Under the pieces are notes generated by a model, which worked only from the letters and a program-made list of their open reading frames with translations, ran no database searches and was not told the origin of the DNA. Made by a program: the position numbers and the translations under genes. A DNA stretch of 64,000 nucleotides from Acidobacteriota bacterium (lineage in GTDB: Bacteria; Acidobacteriota; UBA890; WLXD01): the NCBI GenBank assembly GCA_965248695.1, contig CBDFKD010000002.1, positions 576,001-640,000 of the forward strand, written 5' to 3'. Below are positions 19,651 through 30,407 of this stretch, in pieces (positions within the stretch are counted from its first letter, which is position 1; the number at the start of each line of letters is the position of its first letter).

Positions 19651-19861
19651 CTCGTCACCTCCTGCGGGAGCTCTCGGCGAGCAGGGCCACCGAGCGCATG
19701 AGCGATACGTCGCTTGTTACCACGGAATCGCGAGTTTTTCTGCGCACCACCCATAGCGTGGATCCATCTCACGCCGAGACGGAGCCGTTCGACGGCCCGC
19801 CACGCAGCCACACGCCTGGTTTTGCCGCAGTTCATCGGGAACCTGGCGCGCAAACGCACGT

Positions 19862-19899
19862 AGTCTACAATGTGCCCTGTGAAGTCTACGATGTAGACT
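19862..19899. promoter_or_regulatory. Candidate PadR operator: palindrome AGTCTAC-GAT-GTAGACT plus a partial second site 21 bp upstream
   Basis: Perfect 7-3-7 palindrome at 19883-19899 and AGTCTACAATGT at 19862-19873, about 45 bp before the PadR start. Confidence 0.6.
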
Positions 19900-19943
19900 A
19901 TCCGAACAGATCACGAACCTAAACAACGGACGGAGCGTCGCAG

Positions 19944-20372
19944 TTGGGAAGAGGTTATCTGGGTGAGTTCGAGCAGATGCTGCTGCTGGCGATCTTGCGC
20001 ACCGGGGACGATGCCTACGCGCTGGAGATCCGCCGCGAGCTGCAGGAGCGCGCCGGTCGACGGGTCAGCCGCGGTGCCTTCTACACCACCCTCGACCGCA
20101 TGCAGGCCAAAGGTTATCTGCGCTGGACAACGCGTCCGATCAGCGACGCAGCGACACTTCCAGGTCACCGAGGCAGGTCTCGAGCAGCTACGGGGCACGC
20201 CTGGCGCTCACCAACCTCTGGGACGGCCTCGACCGCTACCTGGCACGCTCGCGGGGGCCGTCCGCAGCGACACTTCCAGGTCACCGAGGCAGGTCTCGAG
20301 CAGCTACGGCGGGCACGCCTGGCGCTCACCAACCTCTGGGACGGCCTCGACCGCTACCTGGCACGCCCGTGA
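19944..20372 (+). CDS. PadR family transcriptional regulator with a 33-aa internal insertion
   Basis: LGEFEQMLLLAIL..AYALEIRREL..VSRGAFYTTLDRM..KGYL..RGGRPQRHFQVT; overlaps the downstream permease start. Confidence 0.85.
   Translation: MGRGYLGEFEQMLLLAILRTGDDAYALEIRRELQERAGRRVSRGAFYTTLDRMQAKGYLRWTTRPISDAATLPGHRGRSRAATGHAWRSPTSGTASTATWHARGGRPQRHFQVTEAGLEQLRRARLALTNLWDGLDRYLARP
20147..20366 (+). repeat. About 102/104-bp direct repeat inside PadR (20147-20248 and 20263-20366)
   Basis: The copies are identical except for a 2-bp deletion in copy 1 (CTACGGGGCACG vs CTACGGCGGGCACG). Confidence 0.92.
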
Positions 20373-23050
20373 GCCACTCACCCTCGCCGCCGCCGGCCGC
20401 CGAGCGTCTGCTCGAGGCGACGTTGCCGCCGGGGGACGTCGGCAGCAGCATCATTGGCGACCTGCACCAAGAATTCGATCAGCGCGCCGAGCGCCACCGC
20501 CGTCTCCGGCTGGCGATCTGGTACTGGCTGCAGGCGCTGGCGCTGGCCTGGCGCTACTCACTCCGGGTCTCACCGCACGGAATCCCCCTCGACAACAAGG
20601 AATCGGAACCGATGACCTCGCTGATGTCGGACATGCGCTACGGCATACGGATGCTGGTGAAGACGCCCCTGGTGTCGGTGATCGCGATCCTCACGATCGC
20701 CATGGGTATCGCCCTCACCGTTCACACATTCAGCATCGTCTACGGCAGCGTCATGCTCGGTCTGCCGCTGCCGGACGATGACCGCCTCATGCTGGTGCAA
20801 CAGAACGACACGGAAGCAGGTTTCACCGGCATGTCGCTGGGGATCCACGACTACCTTGACTACCGCGAACAGAGCGATTCGTTCGAGGACCTCGCGACGG
20901 TTCAATGGGCGACGGTCAACCTGGCAGGCGACGATCAGCCACCCGAACGCTACCTCGGCGCGTTCGTGTCGGCCAACGCGCTGTCGTTGCTCGGTGTGCC
21001 CCCGATTCTGGGTCGTACGTTCGTGGCCGGCGAGGATGCGGCCGACGCGGACCCGGCGATCGTGATCGGCTACGACGTTTGGCGAAATCGGTTTGGCGGA
21101 GACCCGAACATCGTCGGGCGCACGCTGCGAATCAACGGTGAGACCGGCAGCGTGCTCGGTGTCATGCCGGTGGGGTTCCATTTTCCGTTCGATCAAGAGG
21201 TCTGGGTGCCGCACCGAACCGACGTCGATCAGGAGATAGACCGGGGCGGCGGGCGCTTCGAGACCTTCGGTCGTCTGCGACCCGATGTTAGCGTCGCCGC
21301 CGCCACGGCTGAGATCGAGGCAATCACCGAGCGCATAAGATCCGAGTTCCCGGAGGAGATGGCCGGCATCGAGTCCCACATCATGCTGTTCGAGCACCGC
21401 TATATGCCGCCACAGATAACGGCGGCCGTCTGGGTGCAGCTGGCGGCAGTGTTCGGCGTGCTGCTGATCGCCTGCGCCAACGTCGCCAACCTGCTGCTGG
21501 CACGTGCCGCGGTCCGCGGACGCGAGGTGGCGATTCGGTCCGCCCTCGGGGCCAGTCGCGCGCGCGTGATCCGCCAGCTGTTGCTCGAGGCCGTGCTCCT
21601 GGGCACCGTCGGAGGTGCCATCGGTTTGGTCAGCGCCAAGATCGGCGTCGACCGTTTCGCAGTCGCTATGGCGGACGTCCAGAAGCCCTACTGGATCAAC
21701 TTCGAGGTCGATTCGACCGTTGTCGTCTTCTCGATCGGAGTGACGCTGCTGGCCGCGATACTCGCCGGAACGCTACCGGCGCTACGGGCCTCAGGGCGGG
21801 GCGTCGGCGCCATTCTCCAAGACGAGAGCCGCGGCACCAGCCTCCGGATGGGGCGCCTGAGCTCCGTATTGGTGATCGGCGAGGTCGCCATCTCCGTGGC
21901 GCTGCTGATCACAGCGGGCTTGATGATCAAGAGCGTCATCAAGGTCAACCAGATAGATCTCGGATTCCGCACCGAGAGCATGCTCACGGCACGAGCCGGG
22001 CTGTTCGAGGTCGACTATCCGGAGCGCACCGATCGCGAGAGCTTCTTCATCAGCCTGCTCGACAGTCTCCGCGTGCAACCGGGGATCGAGAAAGCAGCGC
22101 TGACGAGCCATGTTCCCGGCACCGGATCGATGAACCTGTTCACCAGCATCGAAGGTCAAGACTACGCGTCGACCAGCGACTACCCGGTTGTCGCGGCAGC
22201 CATCGTCAGCGCTGGGTTCTTCGACGCTTACGACGTGCCGATTCTGCAGGGTCGCGACTTCCGACCCGAGGAAGCACGCTCCGAGTCCGATCCGGTAGTT
22301 GTCGTCAACGAGTCGTTCGTACGTCGATTCCTGCCCGATGGCGATCCCCTGGGCCGAGTTATCAAGGCCGGGCGACTAGATTCCAGCAACCCCTGGATGC
22401 GGGTCATCGGAGTGGTCGCCGACATGCATATCGGTGGCGGTGTGGGTGGACTCGGAAGCGACCGCAACCGTCCCGAGCAGTACTACGTGCCCTACGGTGT
22501 CTTCGACACCCGTTTCGCGAGCATGGTGCTGGTCACCACCGGGGTACCAACCGAGGCGGCCTCGATCGCGCGCTCCACGGTGACCGACCTCGATCCGAAC
22601 ATGCCAATCTACGACGTTGCCACGATGGAGCAGGCAATGGAGCAATCCACCTGGGCGTTCAACGTGTTCGGACAGCTCTTCGCGACGCTCGGCGCGGCGG
22701 CGCTGTTCCTGGCGTGGGTCGGGCTGTACGGCGTGATGTCGTTCTCGGTGTCGAGACGCCGCACGGAGCTCGGCATTCGCATGGCGCTCGGCGCGCAAGC
22801 GCGAGACCTGCTCGCCATGGTGTTGAGGAAGGGCGCGGTGCAGCTGGCAGTCGGCGTGGCGATTGGGCTTGTAATTGGCCTGATTCTGAGTCGGCCGTTG
22901 CGCGCCATCACCTTCGGCGTCGAGACGACGGATCTGACCGTCTACGTGGCCATCGTCGTGACGATCGCGGTCACGGGCCTGCTGGCCACATTGCTGCCGG
23001 CCCGGAGGGCGACGCAGGTGGACCCAATCGACGCCCTTCGGATCGACTAG
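20369..23050 (+). CDS. ABC transporter permease with duplicated MacB/FtsX domains (Acidobacterial duplicated orphan permease type)
   Basis: DMRYGIRML.K.P, LLIACANVANLLLARA..RGREVAIRSALGASR, GLYGVMSFSVSRRRTELGIRMALGA, PARRATQVDP. Confidence 0.92.
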   Translation: MSHSPSPPPAAERLLEATLPPGDVGSSIIGDLHQEFDQRAERHRRLRLAIWYWLQALALAWRYSLRVSPHGIPLDNKESEPMTSLMSDMRYGIRMLVKTPLVSVIAILTIAMGIALTVHTFSIVYGSVMLGLPLPDDDRLMLVQQNDTEAGFTGMSLGIHDYLDYREQSDSFEDLATVQWATVNLAGDDQPPERYLGAFVSANALSLLGVPPILGRTFVAGEDAADADPAIVIGYDVWRNRFGGDPNIVGRTLRINGETGSVLGVMPVGFHFPFDQEVWVPHRTDVDQEIDRGGGRFETFGRLRPDVSVAAATAEIEAITERIRSEFPEEMAGIESHIMLFEHRYMPPQITAAVWVQLAAVFGVLLIACANVANLLLARAAVRGREVAIRSALGASRARVIRQLLLEAVLLGTVGGAIGLVSAKIGVDRFAVAMADVQKPYWINFEVDSTVVVFSIGVTLLAAILAGTLPALRASGRGVGAILQDESRGTSLRMGRLSSVLVIGEVAISVALLITAGLMIKSVIKVNQIDLGFRTESMLTARAGLFEVDYPERTDRESFFISLLDSLRVQPGIEKAALTSHVPGTGSMNLFTSIEGQDYASTSDYPVVAAAIVSAGFFDAYDVPILQGRDFRPEEARSESDPVVVVNESFVRRFLPDGDPLGRVIKAGRLDSSNPWMRVIGVVADMHIGGGVGGLGSDRNRPEQYYVPYGVFDTRFASMVLVTTGVPTEAASIARSTVTDLDPNMPIYDVATMEQAMEQSTWAFNVFGQLFATLGAAALFLAWVGLYGVMSFSVSRRRTELGIRMALGAQARDLLAMVLRKGAVQLAVGVAIGLVIGLILSRPLRAITFGVETTDLTVYVAIVVTIAVTGLLATLLPARRATQVDPIDALRID

Positions 23051-23110
23051 CGGACCGGCAGACTGCCGGTACACGGGAGCTAGCCTAGACGGCACCCGCC
23101 GGTCTTGGGC

Positions 23111-24214
<1,104 letters not shown>

Positions 24215-24256
24215 GCGTGTTCGCGCTCCGCTTCTACTGAGTGCTGCGCGTTTGGC

Positions 24257-25102
24257 CTAGCGGCCGTAGATCCCGACTCCGTAGAAGCAGGGTTCGTTGC
24301 TGCAGCCGGCCATCACCGCGCGCACATAGTACGTCTCGTCGCGCCGCGGAGTCCCCTCGATCACCGGATAGTCGTCGTACTCCACGTCGGACTCGATGAG
24401 GCTGCCGGCAGAATCGTAGAGCAACAGGTCGAGGTCACTGCAATCGACGTCGCAGACGCCGACGACGACGTGATGCGTGTTGCGGTCGCCGCGAACGCGC
24501 AGGTACTCGCCGCCGCCCTGCCCCAGCGCTCCGGTGACGATCTCGTACGCCAGCCGGTACCCGCCACGTCGCAGCTCATTCCCGGCCGCGTCGAGCTGGA
24601 CCCGCACCTGTTCCTGCCACTGTTGTGAGTTGGCCGTGCGGCCGAACACCCCGACGCCGTAGTAGCACGGCGCCACCGAGCACGACACCATCGTTGCCTG
24701 GATCTCGAATCGGCCGCTCCAGTCGGGAGCACCACGAACCACCGGAACGTCGTCCGTAAGCTCGTCCGAGCCCACCAAATCACCCGAGGGCGCGTAGGTG
24801 TACAGATCGATAACGGAACAATCTCGGTCGCAGGCAGCGACGAACGCATACTCGGTGAATCGGTTCAACGTGAGCCGAAACGAACCGCTGTTGCCGGCAC
24901 TCAGCGACCCGGTGACGATGCGCTCCACGAGTCGGTATCCGTCACCCAGGGCGGTCGAGGCGACGGCGTCGAGCTGCGCCTCAACCTCGCGCTCCCACTC
25001 GTTCTGAACGCCGTCGGACGGGATCGCTGGTGACGCACCCACGCTCGTTGCCAGCGCCGCGGCAACGAGAGCCGCTACAGGGAGTCTCGCCAGTCGTTGC
25101 AT
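24257..25102 (-). CDS. Secreted protein with two tandem ~120-aa Cys-containing domains, function unknown
   Basis: Signal peptide; both halves share W..V..QL..GYRL..IVTG, CDxDCSxxDL, DDxPV, CSxxPCxYGVG. Confidence 0.75.
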   Translation of the reverse strand: MQRLARLPVAALVAAALATSVGASPAIPSDGVQNEWEREVEAQLDAVASTALGDGYRLVERIVTGSLSAGNSGSFRLTLNRFTEYAFVAACDRDCSVIDLYTYAPSGDLVGSDELTDDVPVVRGAPDWSGRFEIQATMVSCSVAPCYYGVGVFGRTANSQQWQEQVRVQLDAAGNELRRGGYRLAYEIVTGALGQGGGEYLRVRGDRNTHHVVVGVCDVDCSDLDLLLYDSAGSLIESDVEYDDYPVIEGTPRRDETYYVRAVMAGCSNEPCFYGVGIYGR

Positions 25103-25179
25103 GCTGCTCTCCTTCACGGGCCCTCGGTGTGTGGACGGCTACTGTCTAACACGAACCGGATAGGCTGGCCGTTCCGCGC

Positions 25180-25935
25180 TTATTCGAGATGGCGCCGAAT
25201 GGCCCCGATGACCACGTCGGGGTGCTCGCGGTGCGGCGCGTGACCTCCGGCAACCACTCTCACGTCGAGAATCGAGTCGCAGTGCGCCCGGATGGCGTCG
25301 ATCTGAGCCATCGTGCCGTATTCGTCGTCCGTGCCCTGGATGACCGTCGTCGGGCAGCCGATTCGGGCGACGGCTGACTCGATGTTCCAGCGGCGGAACT
25401 CGGGGCGCAGCCAGGTCTGATTCCATCCCTCGAAGGCGCTGTCCGGGTGTTCGTGGTGCCGCGCGAGACGCGCACGCAGGTCGCCCTGCTCGTACGCCTG
25501 GCGCGCCGCGTGGGCGCCCGCGACGGTGCGGTCCTCGACGAACACGTGCGGAGCGAGCAGAACCAGCCCCGATGGCTCCTCCTGGGCACCGGACGCCGCA
25601 TACAGGATGGCAACCGAAGCGCCGTCGCTGTGGCCCACGAGCAGGGGCCGGCGCACGCCAAGCGCCGCAAGGATCGCCGGAAGCTCCCGTGAAGCCGCCT
25701 CGTGCATGAAGTCAACGGACCACGGAAACGAAGTCGATGGCGTCGAGCGACCGTAGCCAAAGCGGCTGTAGACGAGCACTCCGGCGCCCGTCGCCTCGGC
25801 GACCGCGGCCGGGAACTGTTTCCACGAGGACACCGATCCCAATCCGTGGTGCAACAAGACCACGCTCGGCGTCGGGCCAGGCGGCGGTCCCAACCAGTCG
25901 TACTCGACGCGGCTGTTCAGATCGAGGAACGGCAC
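25180..25935 (-). CDS. Alpha/beta hydrolase
   Basis: LLHHGLG, YSRFGYGRS, GHSDG nucleophile elbow, QGTDDEYG, GHAPH. Confidence 0.88.
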   Translation of the reverse strand: MPFLDLNSRVEYDWLGPPPGPTPSVVLLHHGLGSVSSWKQFPAAVAEATGAGVLVYSRFGYGRSTPSTSFPWSVDFMHEAASRELPAILAALGVRRPLLVGHSDGASVAILYAASGAQEEPSGLVLLAPHVFVEDRTVAGAHAARQAYEQGDLRARLARHHEHPDSAFEGWNQTWLRPEFRRWNIESAVARIGCPTTVIQGTDDEYGTMAQIDAIRAHCDSILDVRVVAGGHAPHREHPDVVIGAIRRHLE

Positions 25936-25938
25936 CGA

Positions 25939-26430
25939 TCAGTGGCCGCCGCTATCGCGTCTTGGCAGCTTGGCGGCGCGCTCGCCGATCATTTCAACGA
26001 CCCGGGCGACGCGTTTCGCTCGTACCGAATCGTTCTTGGCGCCGCCCACGAACCGCAGCATCTCCCGCCGCAAACCGGGCGGCAACAGCTCGAGCGCCTC
26101 GACGCCGCCATCGAGGCGCTCGGCCGCTTCGATGATGTCATCGGGCACCACATCCGTTGGCGCCTCGTCGAACGTGAGCACGACGTCTACCCGATCACCC
26201 GTGTCGACGTTGGCGGCCTTACGCAGCTCGTCGTGCAGGAACAGCCGGAAACCGCCTTCGCGACGGCGCATCAGCGTCGTGGCGCGCTGCTCGCCGCCAA
26301 CGGTCGCTACCACCGGCGGATACTGCCAGTCATCGAGAGCCGCTGAGACGGCGCTTGGAACATCGACGCACCGCAGGATTCCCTGTCGATAGATGTGCGC
26401 TTCGAAAGCCCACGGACCGGCGTCGCGCAT
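25939..26430 (-). CDS. DUF1905 + YdeI/OmpD-associated domain protein
   Basis: PVVATVGG..LRKAANVDTGD; VPDD..LPPGLRR..AK..RAKRV. Confidence 0.7.
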   Translation of the reverse strand: MRDAGPWAFEAHIYRQGILRCVDVPSAVSAALDDWQYPPVVATVGGEQRATTLMRRREGGFRLFLHDELRKAANVDTGDRVDVVLTFDEAPTDVVPDDIIEAAERLDGGVEALELLPPGLRREMLRFVGGAKNDSVRAKRVARVVEMIGERAAKLPRRDSGGH

Positions 26431-26433
26431 CGC

Positions 26434-27606
26434 TCAGTGGGAGCCCTCGTGCGTATGATCGAAGCGCTCGTGATGTTGCCGTAGGAGATCCTTGCCGTAG
26501 TCGTTGCCGTTCGGCGTGCGTACCACCGCGTGAACATGGTTGCGGCTCGGGCCATCGCCATCGAGCGCGATGGGGCCCTGGTGATCGAACTCGATAAGAA
26601 TGACGGGACTGTGTACGCGGTAGTAGAACACCGCGTCATCCCCCGTCGAGCCCATCCAGGTGAACCAGGTGTCGTCGAGATGGTCGCGGACCTGTGCCAT
26701 GCGGGCCTCGGAGTGACCTTTCCGCATGTTGCCGACGTACTGGGTGATCAACTCGAGCAACAGGCCTCGCTGACGCTGGTCCAAGGAGTCGGCGCGGAGC
26801 CCTTCATACCGCATCTCGAAATTGTCACGGAACGCTGCTGTGAACACGTTGCGCGGCAGCTCTTCGGCGACCTTTGCGACCGCCTGTTGCGACGCGTTCA
26901 ACGACTGCATTAGCGCTAGTCCGACCGCTTCCTCGTCTTCGAACACCCGCGTGCCGGCGTACTTGCCGGCCGCGGCGTACGTTGGCTCGGAGCCGAGAAA
27001 CGTCGGCGTCATGGTCACCTGGTCGCCGAGCACAAAGTAATTGATCACCAGGTGATGCCCGTCCAGCTGCCAGCCCCACGGCTCGGTCTCGGACGGCGTC
27101 CCCATGACCGTGAAGAAGTAGAGCCCCTCGCCGTACTCCTCGAAGTTGTTCACCAGCTCGGCAATCGTGGTGTTGAGGCGCATGATGTCGGTGGCCAGAC
27201 GCAGCCCCTTCGCCGACAGGCTGGCACCGAGAAGATCGTAGGCTGCGGCCCGCTGCGGCTCCGACATCGCTCCGAAGCTCACGCCGCGGCGTTCGTAGCG
27301 ATGCACGTTGTTCCAACGGCGCCACTCGATGTCATCGACGGTGAACGTCGAGGCGATGCGTTGCTCCGCATCGAGCGCTCCCAGGAAGGCTGCAGCGGCG
27401 GATACGACCGGCGCCGTCGAGATCCCCGTGGCGCGCAGGGGGAAAAGATCGGGAACGATGTCGCCGTTTTCCGTGATGCCGCGGAACGCTTCCGCCAGCG
27501 CAGCGGCCTGCCCACCACCCTGTTCGGTGGTCGTGCGGCCGAGCACGTCTCCGCCAGCCGATGCAGCGATTCCCACGGCTGCCGCCACGCTCACCAACGT
27601 TCTCAT
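26434..27606 (-). CDS. DUF3500 domain secreted protein
   Basis: PWGWQLDGHHL, PTFLGSEP, YYRVHSPVILIEFD, NHVHAVVRTPNGNDYG. Confidence 0.85.
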   Translation of the reverse strand: MRTLVSVAAAVGIAASAGGDVLGRTTTEQGGGQAAALAEAFRGITENGDIVPDLFPLRATGISTAPVVSAAAAFLGALDAEQRIASTFTVDDIEWRRWNNVHRYERRGVSFGAMSEPQRAAAYDLLGASLSAKGLRLATDIMRLNTTIAELVNNFEEYGEGLYFFTVMGTPSETEPWGWQLDGHHLVINYFVLGDQVTMTPTFLGSEPTYAAAGKYAGTRVFEDEEAVGLALMQSLNASQQAVAKVAEELPRNVFTAAFRDNFEMRYEGLRADSLDQRQRGLLLELITQYVGNMRKGHSEARMAQVRDHLDDTWFTWMGSTGDDAVFYYRVHSPVILIEFDHQGPIALDGDGPSRNHVHAVVRTPNGNDYGKDLLRQHHERFDHTHEGSH

Positions 27607-27658
27607 CTCGCTCCTCCAGCTAACCGAACACGACCAACGAGCCGCTCTGATCAGCAGT

Positions 27659-27936
27659 CTAGTGGCCTGTAACAGATGAACGTTGCATATCGCAGATGGG
27701 ATTTGCGGGTGAGATCAAGGCACGCCGAGGACGGCGATGCAATGAGCATCTTCGACGAGGCGCAACGCCGATATCGCCCGCAACTGCCCATCTGTCCGCA
27801 GGATGGCGGCGAAATCGGCCCGTCTGCGGCGTTGCCCCTCCTCGAAGATGCGCAAACATCGTCTCGTCGGTGCGCCTGGCATCCGGACCCATTTCGCCAC
27901 CACGATATGCAACGTTCATCTGCTACAGGCCACTAG
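27659..27936. mobile_element. 278-bp non-autonomous MITE/REPIN-like palindromic element at a CTAG site
   Basis: 34-bp terminal inverted repeats 27659-27692 and 27903-27936 (1 mismatch), with CTAG at both ends. Interior has two long hairpins (27693-27794, 27804-27902) that are inverted homologues of each other. No transposase. Confidence 0.8.
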
Positions 27937-29106
27937 CAAGCCGCTGGCCTTCGTCCGCTCGAGCGCGCCGGCCAGGTGCGTCAGGTCGCTGTCGTCGTTG
28001 TACAGGTGGGCGGAGACTCGAATGCCGTCACCGCGGGCCGACACGAGCACGCCCTCGGCGGCAAGCGCGTCGCATAGTCGCGGGGCGTCGCCGCAGCGCG
28101 CCAGCACAATGCCCGACGCGGAGCCCGGTCGCGTCGGGCTCGATACCGGCAGGCCGGCGTCGGTGAGCACCTCGCGCAGCCCCGCGTTCAGTTGCAGCAC
28201 ACGCGCTTCGATCGTCGTCGCGCCGAGCTGGTGCTGGAGATCCAGCGCCGCGCCCAACGCGAACACGTTCGGGAAGGGCGGATGGCCGGCCTCGATGGCG
28301 CGCGCATCGGGCGTCAGGTCGAGCTCGTCAGAGACCAACGCGTACGGGTCCCGCGCGCTGCGCCAGCCCACCGCCGGATGGTCGCCGGAGTGGCGCTCGT
28401 TGACGTAGAGAAAACCGTTGCCGTAGCCCGCATTGAGCCACTTGTAGCCGCTGCATGCGAGGAAATCGACACCGCCGGCGGAGACATCGACTGAAACAGC
28501 GCCGAGACCCTGGGTGGCGTCGACAACCAGCATCAGGTGGTGGTCTCGACACAGCTCGACCAGGGCATCCAGGTCGTGTCGGAAGCCGGTGCGGTAGTGA
28601 ACCAGCCCCAGCGTGAGGATCCGCGTCTGCGGTTGAATGGCCGCGACAATGGACCCCGGCGTGATGCCGCCATCGTCATCGGGGTCGAGAAAATCGACGG
28701 CGTAGCCGAGCTGCAGCCACGGCAGCGTGACGGAGGGGAAATCGCCACGGAGCGCAACGACGGAGCCGGAGCCGGAACTGGAACTGGAACTGGTTCCCTG
28801 CAGCCTCCGAGCCACATGATTGATGCCGAGGGAGGCATTGCTCGTGAAAGCAATCTCGGTGCTACGGGCGCCAATGAGGCGAGCCACGGAGCCGCGCACA
28901 TCCTCGACGCGCTGCAACCAATCATCCCAGTGGACGTCACCGTCCCGTAGCGTGGAGTCGTAGTAGGACCTGCCGGCCTCGGCGGCCGCGGTCGAGATTG
29001 GTCCGCCAGCGGCAGTGTTCAGGTAACAGCAGGCCGACGCCGCCGGGAACAACTTCCGAACCACACCCCAGTCGGTCATGCGCCCATCGGCCTTCGAGGC
29101 CTTCAT
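27916..29106 (-). CDS. Class V aminotransferase / cysteine desulfurase-like PLP enzyme
   Basis: YLNTAAGGP, VVDATQGLG, CSGYKWL (PLP lysine), IRVSAHLYN; stop codon lies inside the MITE-like element. Confidence 0.85.
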   Translation of the reverse strand: MKASKADGRMTDWGVVRKLFPAASACCYLNTAAGGPISTAAAEAGRSYYDSTLRDGDVHWDDWLQRVEDVRGSVARLIGARSTEIAFTSNASLGINHVARRLQGTSSSSSSGSGSVVALRGDFPSVTLPWLQLGYAVDFLDPDDDGGITPGSIVAAIQPQTRILTLGLVHYRTGFRHDLDALVELCRDHHLMLVVDATQGLGAVSVDVSAGGVDFLACSGYKWLNAGYGNGFLYVNERHSGDHPAVGWRSARDPYALVSDELDLTPDARAIEAGHPPFPNVFALGAALDLQHQLGATTIEARVLQLNAGLREVLTDAGLPVSSPTRPGSASGIVLARCGDAPRLCDALAAEGVLVSARGDGIRVSAHLYNDDSDLTHLAGALERTKASGLLVACSR

Positions 29107-30230
29107 TGCACGACACTCCGATAAATCTCCTCGTCGGTGTCGCCCTCGGTGGAGATCAGCAGCACGCTAGCGTAGTCGTCGAGCCGTAGCTGTCGTCGAA
29201 CCGCCTGCAGCTCCGGTTGCGAGCATACGGTCTCGACCAGTCCCGCTGTCACCGCACCCGACTCGCCCGAGATCACTTCGGCATCGCCGGCCGCGGGGCG
29301 CGCCAACCGGCGCATCCCGGCTCTGGCAATGTCGTCTTGGCAGGCGAGCCAGCCGTCGGCGTGTCGACGCAAGATGGCCCAGGCTGAAACGCTCAGTTGT
29401 CCACACGACAGGCCCGCCATGAACGTGTCTGGCGCCTCCTCGAGACGCGGCGGAGCGTCTTCGGATCTCTCCATGGCCGCCATTCCACACGCAGCCCCCT
29501 CCGGTTCGACGATGAAGACCATCGGCCGGTTGGCGCCGAAACGCTCCACCAGGAACGCCGTAATCGAAGCAGCGAACGAACCGACGCCACACTGAAGAAA
29601 CACGTGCGTCGGCGCCTCTCCTCCGAGCTGATCGATCGCCTCGTTCGCCAGCGTGAGGTACCCCTGCATGACCCATCGGGGGACCTGTTCGTATCCCGCC
29701 CATGACGTGTCCTGTAGCAGCATCCAGCCCTGGTCCTCAGCGGCCGCCCGCGCCCGTTCAACGGCGTCGTCGAAGGACCCTTCTACTCGACTGGCCCGGG
29801 CTCCGAGTCGAGCAATCGCCTCGACGCGCCCGGCGCTGGCCTCGTGCGGCAGATACACGACCGAGGAGTGCCCCGATCGCGCCGCGGCCCAGGCAACGGC
29901 GCGTCCGTGATTGCCGTCCGTGGCGGTGACGAACGTCAAGGTACGGCCCGGGTGCTGCTCGATCACGCGCGAGACCGCCCAGCTCGCCCCGAGACCCTTG
30001 AACGCCTTGAGCCCGAAGCGTCGTGATTCGTCCTTGACGTGCAGGCTCCCGATGCCGAGCTCGGCAGCCAGCCCCGGCAGTGGGACCAGCGGCGTCGGCT
30101 CGTAGCTTGGCAGCGAGCGGTGATACGCCTGAGCCGCCGCCACCGCGGCGGCCCCGAACGGCGCAGTGAACTCGTCTCCGCCACGGTCCACCGCAGCTGG
30201 GTTCATGAGCAGGCGTACTGTCGGGTTCAT
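29103..30230 (-). CDS. dpaL: Diaminopropionate ammonia-lyase
   Basis: YEPTPL, VKDESRRFGLKAFKGLG, ATDGNHGRAVAW, QDTSWAGYE, QCGVGS, ISGESGA, STEGDTD. Confidence 0.85.
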   Translation of the reverse strand: MNPTVRLLMNPAAVDRGGDEFTAPFGAAAVAAAQAYHRSLPSYEPTPLVPLPGLAAELGIGSLHVKDESRRFGLKAFKGLGASWAVSRVIEQHPGRTLTFVTATDGNHGRAVAWAAARSGHSSVVYLPHEASAGRVEAIARLGARASRVEGSFDDAVERARAAAEDQGWMLLQDTSWAGYEQVPRWVMQGYLTLANEAIDQLGGEAPTHVFLQCGVGSFAASITAFLVERFGANRPMVFIVEPEGAACGMAAMERSEDAPPRLEEAPDTFMAGLSCGQLSVSAWAILRRHADGWLACQDDIARAGMRRLARPAAGDAEVISGESGAVTAGLVETVCSQPELQAVRRQLRLDDYASVLLISTEGDTDEEIYRSVVQ

Positions 30231-30407
30231 GAGGTGCTGCTCGCGGCCGGCCCCCCGGCATCGGGCGCTTGCCACATTCGCCCTGCGCCGGATACGGCTA
30301 GAATCTAGCTTCTGACACTACCAGGTTGCCAAATAGCAAGCTGCGACCGGAGCGCGCTAGACAGAGGAGCGCGACACCGTCGCAGTCATCCCCGTTTGGA
30401 GGTCTTC

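Noticed and set aside
27659-27936. Two 86-aa ORFs both starting MNVAYR on opposite strands
   Set aside because: A by-product of the terminal inverted repeats; no protein motifs.
28761-28793. Short 6-bp repeats (GGAGCC/GGAACT) encoding SSSSSSGSGS
   Set aside because: In-frame low-complexity loop in the aminotransferase; no sign of a regulatory role.
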